DNA of 32,000 bases from Fidelibacterota bacterium (lineage in GTDB: Bacteria; Fidelibacterota; Marinisomatia; Marinisomatales; SCKK01), in contig SCKK01000008.1 of the NCBI GenBank assembly GCA_004124475.1, positions 8,075 to 40,074 of the forward strand, written 5' to 3'. Positions 1 through 8,772 of this stretch are shown in pieces. The notes under the pieces were generated by a model. That model had not been told where the DNA came from, did not search any database, and saw only the letters and a program-made list of their open reading frames with translations. Each line of letters starts with the position of its first letter. Position 1 is the stretch's first letter. A program made the translations under genes and the position numbers.

Positions 1-1
1 A

Positions 2-325
2 GTGACTCATATTGTCAATCGGTTTATGCCCAACGAACGATGGGTCATTCAATTGAAATTCACTCAATTGAAGCATGGCGAACCTCGGACCGATGATGAT
101 TATCCTATCGGTTCAAATCCAAATGACAATTACAATGACCGTAACCAAGAAGATGACGACGTCACTTATTTTCTCATGGGGGATATCACAACAACCAACA
201 CGATCAAAATAAATGTTGATTACAGACTTTCAAATACAATTTGGGCCTGGTGTGCTGTAGAAACGATTGAATCAAAAAGTGAGGATCATACCATTATTCA
301 TATTGGGGTAAGGTTTGATTACTAA
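2..325 (+). CDS. hypothetical protein, 3' end (5' part lies outside the window)
   Basis: Open frame enters from the window edge and runs 107 codons. Its stop overlaps the next gene's start by 11 nt, an operon-like junction. The sequence is Asp/Asn-rich and has no motif I recognise. Confidence 0.35.
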   Translation: MTHIVNRFMPNERWVIQLKFTQLKHGEPRTDDDYPIGSNPNDNYNDRNQEDDDVTYFLMGDITTTNTIKINVDYRLSNTIWAWCAVETIESKSEDHTIIHIGVRFDY

Positions 326-1415
326 TCTAATTATCGGACTTTTTCTTCTGGGTACAATCGTCTACTTTAGCATACTGCTGTTTGTGATCCGGGGATTGTT
401 AGGTATTGAACAGAAACCTCCGAGAAAGGATGAGTTTGTTACTGTGGTAGTCTCATTTCGGAATGAAGTGCTAAACATTTCTAATTTGCTACAATCATTA
501 AAAGAACTGACTTATCCTATTGATTTATTCGAAGTAATATTTGTTAACGACGGTTCCACGGATGGTGGTGAGAAGTTAGTCGAAGCAGAGATGGACAAAC
601 AGCTACATTGGGATCTAATTGTGATCAGCGATAAACCGAAATATTTACAGGGAAAGAAGTATGGACTAACAAAAGCGATTGAAAAAAGCAAAGGTGACGT
701 CATTCTAACGACAGACGCTGATTGTGAAGTCCCGCCTAATTGGATTCAGACCATGCTAGGGCATTTATCTCCCGAAGTGGGTATGGTATTGGGACATTCA
801 CCAATTCATGAAGATGGCACTTTTTTTCACAGATTGTTAGCCTTTGATGTAATGGCAGGCTCTGCTGTTACAGCCGCCGGGGCATTCTATAACAAACCGC
901 CACATTCCAATGGAAGGAATCTTATGTACCGAAAACAGGCATTTTTTGATGTTAATGGTTATTCTGAAAGCGGATATTTGGACAGCGGGGATGACTTTTT
1001 CCTATCCCAAGCTGTTCGAAAAAAAACTGGATGGAAATTTGATTTCTCTCCTTCACCAGAAGCTTATGTGTTTACGAAAGCATATTCTTTGGGGGAAAAA
1101 TTCCTTAATCAGCAATTGCGTAAAAATAGCAAAGCAGTTTATCATACTATTCCCTTTCTTCTTGCTGCTTTTGGGATTCTTCTGCATATAATTGGCCTTC
1201 CATTTTTCGTATTTAGTGGCGTTATGGGTATCTCATCAATACTTGCACTTTTTGTTATTAAGATTTCACTAGAATTCTGGGCAGTTGTTATGGCTTCTGA
1301 AAAACTCCATCTTTTGCACATGAGGAAATACTACCCTGTTATGGCTGTTCTCTATCCAATGTTTATCCTCATTTTCTCCTTGGCTGGGAGCTTCAAATTG
1401 TATCAGTGGAAATAA
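315..1415 (+). CDS. family 2 glycosyltransferase, membrane-anchored
   Basis: N-terminal TM helix followed by a GT-A fold signature: VVVSFRNE...FVNDGSTDGG, a TTDADC (DxD-like) motif, GDDFF, and QQLRKNSK at the QxxRW position. There are three or four C-terminal TM helices. TTG start. Confidence 0.8.
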   Translation: MITNLIIGLFLLGTIVYFSILLFVIRGLLGIEQKPPRKDEFVTVVVSFRNEVLNISNLLQSLKELTYPIDLFEVIFVNDGSTDGGEKLVEAEMDKQLHWDLIVISDKPKYLQGKKYGLTKAIEKSKGDVILTTDADCEVPPNWIQTMLGHLSPEVGMVLGHSPIHEDGTFFHRLLAFDVMAGSAVTAAGAFYNKPPHSNGRNLMYRKQAFFDVNGYSESGYLDSGDDFFLSQAVRKKTGWKFDFSPSPEAYVFTKAYSLGEKFLNQQLRKNSKAVYHTIPFLLAAFGILLHIIGLPFFVFSGVMGISSILALFVIKISLEFWAVVMASEKLHLLHMRKYYPVMAVLYPMFILIFSLAGSFKLYQWK

Positions 1416-1416
1416 T

Positions 1417-2433
1417 ATGTGGATAAAGTATCTCCCTGTGTTTCTTCCATTGTTGAGCTGGCGAAAAATATGGAATCTCTTTGCAAGTGAACTCTCTTTA
1501 GTATTAAGTAATCTTCTGAGGAAATCGTTTGTTTGGGGAATGCCAACGCAGATCATGGTGGAGCCAACCAACATTTGTAATCTTCAATGTCCTCTCTGTG
1601 CAAATGGGGCTGGAGTTCTTGGAAGAAGACCAGATTATCTAGATCTTGAGGTCTTTAAATCAACCATTAATGAACTTCATCCGTGGCTAACTCAAATCCT
1701 TTTCTGGAATCAAGGAGAACCTTTTTTAAGCAAGATATTCTTGAAGATGGTAAGGTATGCAGTAGATCGTAAAATCTTTACTCTTGCAAGCACTAATGGA
1801 CACTTTCTGAATAATGCACAAGAAATATGTGATTCGGGCTTACACGCTTTGACTATTTCACTTGACGGTGCTACAGAAGATACCTATCTGAAATATCGAA
1901 TAGGGGGTGATTTCCAGAAAGTCCTAAAAGGAATCAGGGGTATAGTGCAATTCAAAAGGAAGAATCACAAGAAGACACCTATTCTCATTCTTCAGTTGGT
2001 AATTACACGACTGAATGAACATGAAGTACCGAAAATAAGAAAACTTGCTCGTGAATTGGAAGTAAACTATCTGTTACTGAAAACAGCAGAAATTCCCAAT
2101 AAAGAGGATTTGGAGATATACTCACCACAAACTCCAAGGTATAGAAGATATTTCTCCGGAAACGACATTACCTTCCGTAAGAACTGTCCCAAACTCTGGA
2201 CCCAACCAGTGCTTAACTCAAATGGAGAATGGTCTGTATGTTGTTTTGATAAAACTGTTATATTCCCTTTAGGTAGTTCCAAACAAAATGGGGGAAACTT
2301 CAGGGAGATCTGGACGTCAAGACAATTTAATACATTTCGCAAATTAGTATATAAAGATAGGAACAATTTTCCCATGTGTATAGACTGTTCTGCTCACTTG
2401 AAATTAATTTTCGATTTCGAGAGAACTGGGTAA
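1417..2433 (+). CDS. radical SAM enzyme with C-terminal Cys-rich (SPASM/twitch-like) extension
   Basis: CxxxCxxC cluster motif in EPTNICNLQCPLCANG, a GEPF glycine-rich SAM-binding motif, and C-terminal cysteines (CPKLW...VCCFDK...CIDCSAH). The ATG lies 1 nt after the upstream stop. Confidence 0.8.
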   Translation: MWIKYLPVFLPLLSWRKIWNLFASELSLVLSNLLRKSFVWGMPTQIMVEPTNICNLQCPLCANGAGVLGRRPDYLDLEVFKSTINELHPWLTQILFWNQGEPFLSKIFLKMVRYAVDRKIFTLASTNGHFLNNAQEICDSGLHALTISLDGATEDTYLKYRIGGDFQKVLKGIRGIVQFKRKNHKKTPILILQLVITRLNEHEVPKIRKLARELEVNYLLLKTAEIPNKEDLEIYSPQTPRYRRYFSGNDITFRKNCPKLWTQPVLNSNGEWSVCCFDKTVIFPLGSSKQNGGNFREIWTSRQFNTFRKLVYKDRNNFPMCIDCSAHLKLIFDFERTG

Positions 2434-2435
2434 GA

Positions 2436-3281
2436 GTGAAAATTACTTTCTTATTGAAGCTCGCTTTTTCCATGCTGATCATGGCTTATTTATTTACCAG
2501 GTTGTCGTTGCATCAGGTCTATGATTTTTGGCAGACCTTGTCACTTAGTACAATTCTCGTTTTGTTTTTTCTTTTTCTAGTGAATCTTATGGTCCAGTTA
2601 TGGCGATGGAGAACCCTTGTAATTAGCCATCTCCCCAAAACGAGTTTTGATCAGATTATAAAATCGTTTTTTGCAGGATTTACGTTACGACTTTCTGTGC
2701 CCGGAGGATATGCAGAAGTTGGGAAGATATTTCTAGTAAGTGGTGGTCGAAAAGAGACATTATTTGCGTTTGGCATGGAAAAATACATTATTGCATCAAC
2801 GCAATTTCTGTTGGTGGGGTTTGCTGGTATGTATATTTTACCAGAATTTTACGCTGGCTCATTTACTATGGTTGTATTGGCAGTGACATTATTTACCGTA
2901 TACCCGTATTTCAAGAAGTTTCCTTTCTTGAAACGTCACTTAGACCCCGATTTTCCGTATTCTTCATCTATGATTATAGTGGCTGTATTAACGGTGATGG
3001 TTTATGCGTTGGTCACAACTCAATATTATTTTATGCTCCTACCCGAAAAGGTGTTGACATGGTTAGAAATGGCTTCGGTTGTCATCATTCTGATCGGTTC
3101 TGCAATGATTCCAATCTCCTATTCAGGTCTGGGAGTCAGAGAAGGTGTAGGAATTTTTCTCTTTCAGCGATTCGATGTTGGACAAGAGATAGTGGTAGGC
3201 ATGACGCTGTTGATTTTTCTTCTCAACATAGTACTCCCCGCCATTGTCGGGATGGTAGTGATTTTCAAATTTCGCAAATAG
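2436..3281 (+). CDS. flippase-like / lysyl-phosphatidylglycerol-synthase-TM-like (UPF0104) polytopic membrane protein
   Basis: About 8 predicted TM helices. The N-terminus has the family pattern KITFLLKLAFS...LVNLMVQLWRWRTLV. I prefer the GTG at 2436, 2 nt after the upstream stop, over the track's GTG at 2376, which overlaps the upstream gene by 58 nt. Confidence 0.65.
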   Translation: MKITFLLKLAFSMLIMAYLFTRLSLHQVYDFWQTLSLSTILVLFFLFLVNLMVQLWRWRTLVISHLPKTSFDQIIKSFFAGFTLRLSVPGGYAEVGKIFLVSGGRKETLFAFGMEKYIIASTQFLLVGFAGMYILPEFYAGSFTMVVLAVTLFTVYPYFKKFPFLKRHLDPDFPYSSSMIIVAVLTVMVYALVTTQYYFMLLPEKVLTWLEMASVVIILIGSAMIPISYSGLGVREGVGIFLFQRFDVGQEIVVGMTLLIFLLNIVLPAIVGMVVIFKFRK

Positions 3282-3803
3282 AGAATGTTTTCGTTTAAAC
3301 AATTATTGGGATCTGTGGATTTGTCACAGAAACACAATGATATTTTATAACATTAGGATAACGATAGATAGGGTAGTTTTGCAACTTCTTGTACAAATAT
3401 TCTTATACCTTAATTACCTCTTATGCAATGCTTGATATTGCTTTCTCTGCCTATGCATCGGCATGATGCGAAGCGGCTAATGAATGAGGCTAAATTCTGG
3501 TAAATATATTTGTCTCAGTCTCCTCCATTATGAAAGGGAAAGTTGAACAAGGAGATTGAGTAATGACTAATTGTCTTTTTGAATGAACAGTTCTCCGATG
3601 ATAAAGTAATTTGTTTCTATGCCACTATAATATTCAACTGTTCTGGACTACCACTCCATCTGCAGCCAACTGTTTTTACATCCTGCTAAAGTACATTACA
3701 TAGGATTTTATAACTATTATTCTGGGTATAAGATTAATATTGGATAAAAGATCGCCTCATAATCACTAAACGGTCACTCAAGCCTCCAAGTTCACTAATA
3801 TAA

Positions 3804-3878
3804 GGAGGGACAGAGTACTGAAAATCCTTGTGTCGCTGGTTTCCCGATTCAATCGGGAGCCCAGTCACGATACCCTCC
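3804..3878 (+). other. 75-nt segment closed by ggaggg/ccctcc with an internal anticodon-arm-like hairpin; candidate structured RNA or tRNA relic
   Basis: ggaggg (3804-3809) is complementary to ccctcc (3873-3878). There is an internal 5-bp stem with a 7-nt loop, tcccg-attcaat-cggga (3842-3858). A weak hairpin plus T-run follows (ataccc 3870-3875 / gggtat 3892-3897, tttttt to 3902). No T-arm or D-arm is present. Confidence 0.15.
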
Positions 3879-4090
3879 AATATAATGTGTTGGGTATTTT
3901 TTCCCCAATAGTCAGTTACTCCCCGACTTTGTAGAGGTGGACAGTCTTCTTGTTAATGAAAAAATACTATTACCTAAAAGAGAACATCCACTATATACTA
4001 ACAGAAAGAATTTCACATCTTTTTAATTGAAAATGATAGTAATTTATAACGTTAATCGTTGGGGTACTTAAATAATCAAGGTACAAGGTT

Positions 4091-4135
4091 CATCCTGAAG
4101 TTTCGGGATATTACTTGTCCCGAAACTTCGGGATG
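4091..4135. repeat. inverted repeat made of two copies of the 19-mer catcc[t/c]gaag[t/c]ttcggga[c/t]
   Basis: catcctgaagtttcggga (4091-4108) and tcccgaaacttcgggatg (4118-4135) are complementary at 17 of 18 positions, separated by a 9-nt spacer. The same 19-mer recurs at 13645-13663 and 22945-22963. Confidence 0.8.
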
Positions 4136-4166
4136 CTGTGCACAGTCAGCCTAAAAATGAAAATTC

Positions 4167-4244
4167 CTACCCGCCTGAACTACATAGTCGGGCAGGCCCG
4201 CCTGCTCCCCAGCTTGCCTCACTCTGTGAGTGGCGGGCAGGTAC
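4167..4244. repeat. GC-rich hairpin module, inverted copy of the module at 22783-22847
   Basis: It ends in cgggcaggtac (4234-4244), the reverse complement of gtacctgcccg at 22783-22793. cctgctcccc (4201-4210) is the reverse complement of ggggagcagg, which matches gggagcagg at about 22836-22845. In both loci the module sits next to the catcc..gaagtttcggga 19-mer. Confidence 0.6.
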
Positions 4245-4251
4245 AATCAAG

Positions 4252-5940
4252 TTAATATCCCGCCGCCTGTCCGTCCTTTCGGGATTCCGATGCCCCGTAA
4301 TAGACGCCCTGTTCGGAATCCCAGAGAATAGCTTGATAGCCCCCAAACCCACCTTTGGTTACTCGTACATTATGACCTTTTTGTTGTAGTGCTTCGATAA
4401 CGTCAGAAGAAAATCCGGATTCCAGATTCACGATTCCTCCATCAATCATTGATTCTCCTGTGGGTTGAGAACTTCCGGTATGGCGAATTCTGGGCGCATC
4501 TCCCGCCTCCTGCAGATTCATGCCAAAGTCCATGATGTTGACCAATATTTGAGCGTGCCCCTGTGGCTGCATGGCTCCCCCCATCACACCAAAGCTCATG
4601 AACGGCTTACCATCTTTCGTAACAAACGCAGGGATAATCGTGTGGAAGGGTCTCTTGTCGGGTTCAAATACGTTGAAATGACCTTCCTCCAAACTGAACA
4701 ACTCTCCCCTGTCTTGAAGGATAAAGCCGAGGTCTCCAGGCGTCATCCCGGAGCCCATGCCCCGGTAGTTACTCTGAATGAGAGATACCATATTTCCATC
4801 CTTGTCAGCCACGGTGAGGTAGATAGTATCGCCATCTTCCAAGTTACCGGGTTCGTAAGTGAGAGCTGCACGGTTTGGGTCAATGAGTTTTCGCCGTTCA
4901 TCGGCATAGTCCTTGGAAATCAGATGCTCTACCGGAATTTGGTTGAAAGCCGGATCGGCATAATATTGTGACCTATCCTCGAATGCCAACTTCTTTGCCT
5001 CCACAAATGTGTGGATATACTCAGCGCTGCCAAATCCCATGGATTTTATATCGTATTCTTCCAGGATATTCAGGATTTGCAAAGCTGCGATCCCCTGACC
5101 ATTGGGAGGCAGTTCCCAGACATCGTATCCCCTGTAGTTGGTGGAAACAGGTTCAACCCATTCGGATGTGTGGGAAGCAAGGTCTTCATAAGTGAGGAAT
5201 CCTCCTTGCTCCTGAATATATTCGGCGATGGCCTGGGCAATCTCACCTTCGTAAAAAGCATCCCGTCCTCCTCTTGCAATTTTTTTCAATGTTTTTGCCA
5301 AGCGTGGATTCTTGAAGATTTCCCCCTTTTTAGGAGCGCGACCGTTAGGCATAAAGGTATCTGCAAAGCCAGGGAATTCCTTGAGGATAGGGACACTCTT
5401 TTCCATGTAATAGGCAATCAGCTCAGTCACAGGGAAACCGGTTTCTGCATAATCAATGGCAGGTTGAAGAATCTTTTGCATGCTCAGTTTTCCAAATCGC
5501 TTGTGCATTTCAAACCATCCATCCACACAGCCCGGGACTGAAACGGGTAACGGTCCGTGTGAAGGGATACGAGTGTAGCCGTGATCACTAAAATATTTGA
5601 GAGTCAGGGATTTGGGAGAACGGCCACTGGCATTAAGACCGTAAAGTTTTTGGGACGAGGCAACCCAAATAATGGCAAATAAATCTCCACCGATACCGTT
5701 ACCCGTTGGTTCTACCAAACCGAGCACAGCATTTGCCGCAACGGCAGCGTCTATAGCGTTTCCACCTGCTTTAAGAATATCTAACGCCACTTGTGTTGCC
5801 AGCGGCTGGCTGGTTGCCGCCATACCGTTTCGGGCAATAACTTCGGAGCGGGTAGCAAAAGGCAAACCTGTGAGGCGATTCTGTGAGATTGCGGTGTTAT
5901 GAATGATCATTAATGAGGAAAATAGAATAATAGATCCCAT
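4252..5940 (-). CDS. ggt: gamma-glutamyltransferase
   Basis: 562 aa with a signal peptide. Family-typical blocks are present: ATSQPLATQVALDILKAGGNAIDAAVA, GIGGDLF, the autoprocessing/nucleophile site GDT-IYLTVADKDGNMVSLIQSNY, and FGVMGGAMQPQGHAQIL. Confidence 0.9.
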   Translation of the reverse strand: MGSIILFSSLMIIHNTAISQNRLTGLPFATRSEVIARNGMAATSQPLATQVALDILKAGGNAIDAAVAANAVLGLVEPTGNGIGGDLFAIIWVASSQKLYGLNASGRSPKSLTLKYFSDHGYTRIPSHGPLPVSVPGCVDGWFEMHKRFGKLSMQKILQPAIDYAETGFPVTELIAYYMEKSVPILKEFPGFADTFMPNGRAPKKGEIFKNPRLAKTLKKIARGGRDAFYEGEIAQAIAEYIQEQGGFLTYEDLASHTSEWVEPVSTNYRGYDVWELPPNGQGIAALQILNILEEYDIKSMGFGSAEYIHTFVEAKKLAFEDRSQYYADPAFNQIPVEHLISKDYADERRKLIDPNRAALTYEPGNLEDGDTIYLTVADKDGNMVSLIQSNYRGMGSGMTPGDLGFILQDRGELFSLEEGHFNVFEPDKRPFHTIIPAFVTKDGKPFMSFGVMGGAMQPQGHAQILVNIMDFGMNLQEAGDAPRIRHTGSSQPTGESMIDGGIVNLESGFSSDVIEALQQKGHNVRVTKGGFGGYQAILWDSEQGVYYGASESRKDGQAAGY

Positions 5941-6126
5941 AATGTATCCCCTTAATTTGATAGATGAGACGATTATTTTGATTGAAATATAGCAATTCCG
6001 GTAGTACCCTGCTCTAATGGGAATCTCGTTGGCTTTGATTAAAAATGCAATGAAATTGTGGGTTTGGATGAAACTATTCTGTAACTTTGCTTAAAATCCT
6101 TTCAACTTCAAAATAAGGAGCAAGTC

Positions 6127-7110
6127 ATGAGAATATATCTTTTAGTTATCGTGTGGTCTCTCCTATTTAATTCCAACATTGCTTATTCCCAAGAACTTCC
6201 TATCCGTCCGGTATCGACCTATTCTATTGTGGCGCTTGATCCTGAGACTAAAGAATTGGGTGTAGCAGTACAGAGCCATTGGTTTTCTGTCGGTCCCATA
6301 GTTCCATGGGCTGAAGCAGGTGTGGGAGCGGTAGCAACTCAATCGCTTGTGAAAATTGACTACGGTCCGGATGGGCTCAGGTTAATGCGAGAGGGACTTT
6401 CTGCAAGGGAAGCTCTTGAAAAGCTGATATCAGAGGATACGGGTCAGGCCGTGCGTCAGGTGGCTATGGTAGATATTCAAGGAAACGTGGCGACTCATAC
6501 AGGGGCTCGATGTATTGCAGCGGCGGGTCATCAAGCAGGCAAAAATTACTCCGTCCAGGCAAATTTGATGGAATATCCTACCGTCTGGCCAGCCATGGCG
6601 GAAGCCTTTGAACGGACACAAGGTGATCTGGCAGATCGGATGATGGCGGCGCTGGAAGCGGCACAGCGGGAAGGGGGAGACATCCGGGGGCGGCAATCTG
6701 CGGCCATGCTCATTGTCTCCGGTGAACCAACCGGTGTGCCTTGGAAAGATGTAATCCTGGATCTCCGGGTAGAGGATCACCCCGAACCGTTAAAGGAATT
6801 AAAACGGCTGATCCGTATCCATCGGGCATACAAACATGCCAATAAAGGGGATGAATTGCTGGAAGTGGATGATATCGAGGGAGCGCTCAGGGAGTATAGT
6901 CTGGCGGAGGAATATTATCCCGAAAACATCGAGCTTCCTTTTTGGACAGCGGTGACATTGGCAGGAACAGGACGATTAGAGGAAGCACTTCCTATATTCA
7001 AGAAAGTGTTTGCTATAAATGAAAAATGGCGAACACTAACTCCGAGATTGGTGAAATCGGAACTGCTGCCGGATGATCCGGATATGCTGGAGGAAATTAT
7101 CAAACAGTAG
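6127..7110 (+). CDS. DUF1028 family protein (putative Ntn hydrolase) with helical-repeat C-terminal region
   Basis: Signal peptide followed by the DUF1028 N-terminal signature STYSIVALDPETKELGVAVQSHWFSVGPIVPWAEAGVGAVATQS. The C-terminal ~90 aa look TPR-like. Confidence 0.75.
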   Translation: MRIYLLVIVWSLLFNSNIAYSQELPIRPVSTYSIVALDPETKELGVAVQSHWFSVGPIVPWAEAGVGAVATQSLVKIDYGPDGLRLMREGLSAREALEKLISEDTGQAVRQVAMVDIQGNVATHTGARCIAAAGHQAGKNYSVQANLMEYPTVWPAMAEAFERTQGDLADRMMAALEAAQREGGDIRGRQSAAMLIVSGEPTGVPWKDVILDLRVEDHPEPLKELKRLIRIHRAYKHANKGDELLEVDDIEGALREYSLAEEYYPENIELPFWTAVTLAGTGRLEEALPIFKKVFAINEKWRTLTPRLVKSELLPDDPDMLEEIIKQ

Positions 7111-8251
7111 CCCCTTGCTGGAATTAGCATTTATCTGCACCTCCTGTAAAAAACCATATGAGGGACAAGAAATCCCCACCCTCTGCTCCTGTGGTCATCC
7201 TCTTGAAGTCAGGTTGGATCTGGTAAAAACGGCCTCTGCTTCTGCAACTGCTACTATCAATCAAACCGACCCTTCCCTTTGGCGCTATCGATCTGTTTTA
7301 CCTCCCATCAGTGACGAACACATCACGACACTGATTGAAGGATGGACGGCTTTAAATCGTGCTGAGGACTATCTGGGTGTTTCCCTCTATTTCAAGGATG
7401 AAACGGTAAATCCCACGGGTTCTTTCAAGGATCGGGGGATGAGCTTGGCCATCTCTCACCTCCGTAGTTATGGAATCCGTGCTGTCTGTTTGCCATCGGC
7501 GGGGAATGCAGGTGTGGCGGCAGCCGCCTATTGTCAGGAGGCAGGAATCGAATGCCACGTCTACTTACCTGAAACCATCCCCACACCCTTTTTTGAAGCA
7601 ACTGAAAAGTATGGAGCAACGGTTCGTCTGGTGGGGAAAACCATAGCCGATGCGTCCAATGCTATGAAGAAAGAAAAACATGAAACCTGGTCTGACCTCT
7701 CCACGTTGAAGGAACCATTTCGTGTGGAAGGGAAAAAGACATTAGGGTATGAAATTGCAGAACAGTTGGAGTGGTGTTTCCCAGATGTGGTGGTCTATCC
7801 CACGGGTGGTGGGACAGGATTGATGGGCATGTGGAAAGCATTCAACGAAATGAAAGAAATGGGGTGGGTCGAAGGCAACCTTCCTCGCATGGTAGTGGTT
7901 CAGTCCTCGGGATGTGCTCCTATTGTTAACGCATTTGAGAAAGGGTTGAAGAAACACCAGCCGTGGCAAAAACCAGAGACATCCGCTCTCGGCTTGAATG
8001 TCTCGAATCCCATTGGAGGGCCCTGGATGCTCAGAGTTTTGCGGGAGAGTGCAGGTATAGCTGTGATGGTGGAGGAAGGAGAGATTCCAGCGGCGTGGAA
8101 AGAAGTGGCTGTCGTTTCAGGAACCGAGCCATCACCGGAGGCTGGAGTGGCATGGCTCGGTTTTAAATCATTTGTGGATTCAGGTTGGATTCACCCCGAA
8201 GAAGTAGTTATTATACCGATTACCGGGAGTGGAGAAAGATATGCATTATAA
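7073..8251 (+). CDS. thrC: threonine synthase (PLP-dependent, N-terminal zinc ribbon)
   Basis: PLP-lysine motif NPTGSFKDRG, an N-terminal CxxC...CxC ribbon (CTSCKK...CSCGH) and the glycine loop PTGGGTG. The start is uncertain: the ATG at 7073 overlaps the upstream gene by 38 nt, and the TTG at 7115 is the alternative. Confidence 0.85.
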   Translation: MIRICWRKLSNSSPLLELAFICTSCKKPYEGQEIPTLCSCGHPLEVRLDLVKTASASATATINQTDPSLWRYRSVLPPISDEHITTLIEGWTALNRAEDYLGVSLYFKDETVNPTGSFKDRGMSLAISHLRSYGIRAVCLPSAGNAGVAAAAYCQEAGIECHVYLPETIPTPFFEATEKYGATVRLVGKTIADASNAMKKEKHETWSDLSTLKEPFRVEGKKTLGYEIAEQLEWCFPDVVVYPTGGGTGLMGMWKAFNEMKEMGWVEGNLPRMVVVQSSGCAPIVNAFEKGLKKHQPWQKPETSALGLNVSNPIGGPWMLRVLRESAGIAVMVEEGEIPAAWKEVAVVSGTEPSPEAGVAWLGFKSFVDSGWIHPEEVVIIPITGSGERYAL

Positions 8252-8282
8252 GTGTTAAAGTGTTACATTGTTAAGGTGTTTG
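8251..8282 (+). repeat. four 8-nt-periodic GTGTT units starting at the thrC stop codon
   Basis: a-GTGTT-aa / a-GTGTT-ac / a-tTGTT-aa / g-GTGTT-tg. The same octamer periodicity occurs at 13368-13423. Confidence 0.6.
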
Positions 8283-8418
8283 AATATCTGATTACCATAC
8301 AGATTTCCGAAAGGGGAGGTAAGTGGAAAAATTTAAATAGGGAAAAGGTCTTATCGCTACTTTTGCGGCAGTGGCAGTTGGGTTGATGTTATTTCTCATC
8401 TTGTTTGGCAACCCATTG

Positions 8419-8721
8419 TCACAACGCACCATTTATAGCAACAGGATTTTTAGGAAATAGATAGTATACGTTTTTCGGATTGTCCACTCCCTGAATCACT
8501 TCGTAGATATAAGTAAGTGTATCAACTGTACTCTGAACCGCAAAGAAAGTCAGATCGTGTTCAGACAGGATAAAGGTTGTGTTCCACTCTTCAGGATCGA
8601 GTAAAATGGAAGTGTCTCCGGCCCAGTGATGGAAAACCATCGTCTGAGGATCGAGATTTGCCCGGATGTGGACGGTATCACCGGGTGCGTATGTACCGCT
8701 TCCATAACCACTTTCTACCAT
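8419..8721 (-). pseudogene. truncated fragment: beta-sandwich repeat domain plus the first residues of an esterase-like domain
   Basis: VESGYGSGTYAPGDTVHIRA...FHHWAGD resembles the small bacterial repeat domain found at the N-terminus of secreted hydrolases. The frame stops soon after YYLFPKNPV, where a hydrolase core would begin. The track's start at 8751 lies inside a terminator-like hairpin, and there is no RBS. Confidence 0.3.
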
Positions 8722-8725
8722 TAAT

Positions 8726-8762
8726 AAAAAGGCTGGCAACCCCAAAGTCACCAGCCTTTTTT
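8726..8762. terminator. bidirectional hairpin (A-run / GC stem / T-run)
   Basis: aaaaaggctgg-(14-nt loop)-ccagcctttttt. The stem is ggctgg 8731-8736 / ccagcc 8751-8756, extended by A/T pairs. Confidence 0.45.
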
Positions 8763-8772
8763 GTTGGTGTTT

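Noticed and set aside
3804-3878. Possible tRNA: 75 nt, an acceptor-like closing stem, and an anticodon-arm-like hairpin reading UCA (Sec/suppressor) or, on the other strand, UGA (Ser).
   Set aside because: No T-arm (no GGTTCRANTCC-like stem-loop) or D-arm can be drawn on either strand. The hairpin also sits too close to the 3' closing stem to leave room for variable and T arms. It is kept only as a low-confidence structured element.
4138-4389. 83-aa plus-strand and 61-aa minus-strand ORFs at the ggt 3' end.
   Set aside because: Both lie in the GC-rich repeat module and overlap the ggt coding end. Their composition-driven open frames are Ala/Pro/Arg/Gly-rich and have no start context.
4465-5902. 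Several 69-176-aa ORFs on the plus strand inside ggt. Similar antisense ORFs occur inside the TonB receptor, tnaA, the M28 peptidase, the radical SAM gene, thrC and others.
   Set aside because: These are shadow ORFs opposite or out of frame with genes that have clear family motifs. None has recognisable motifs or an RBS.
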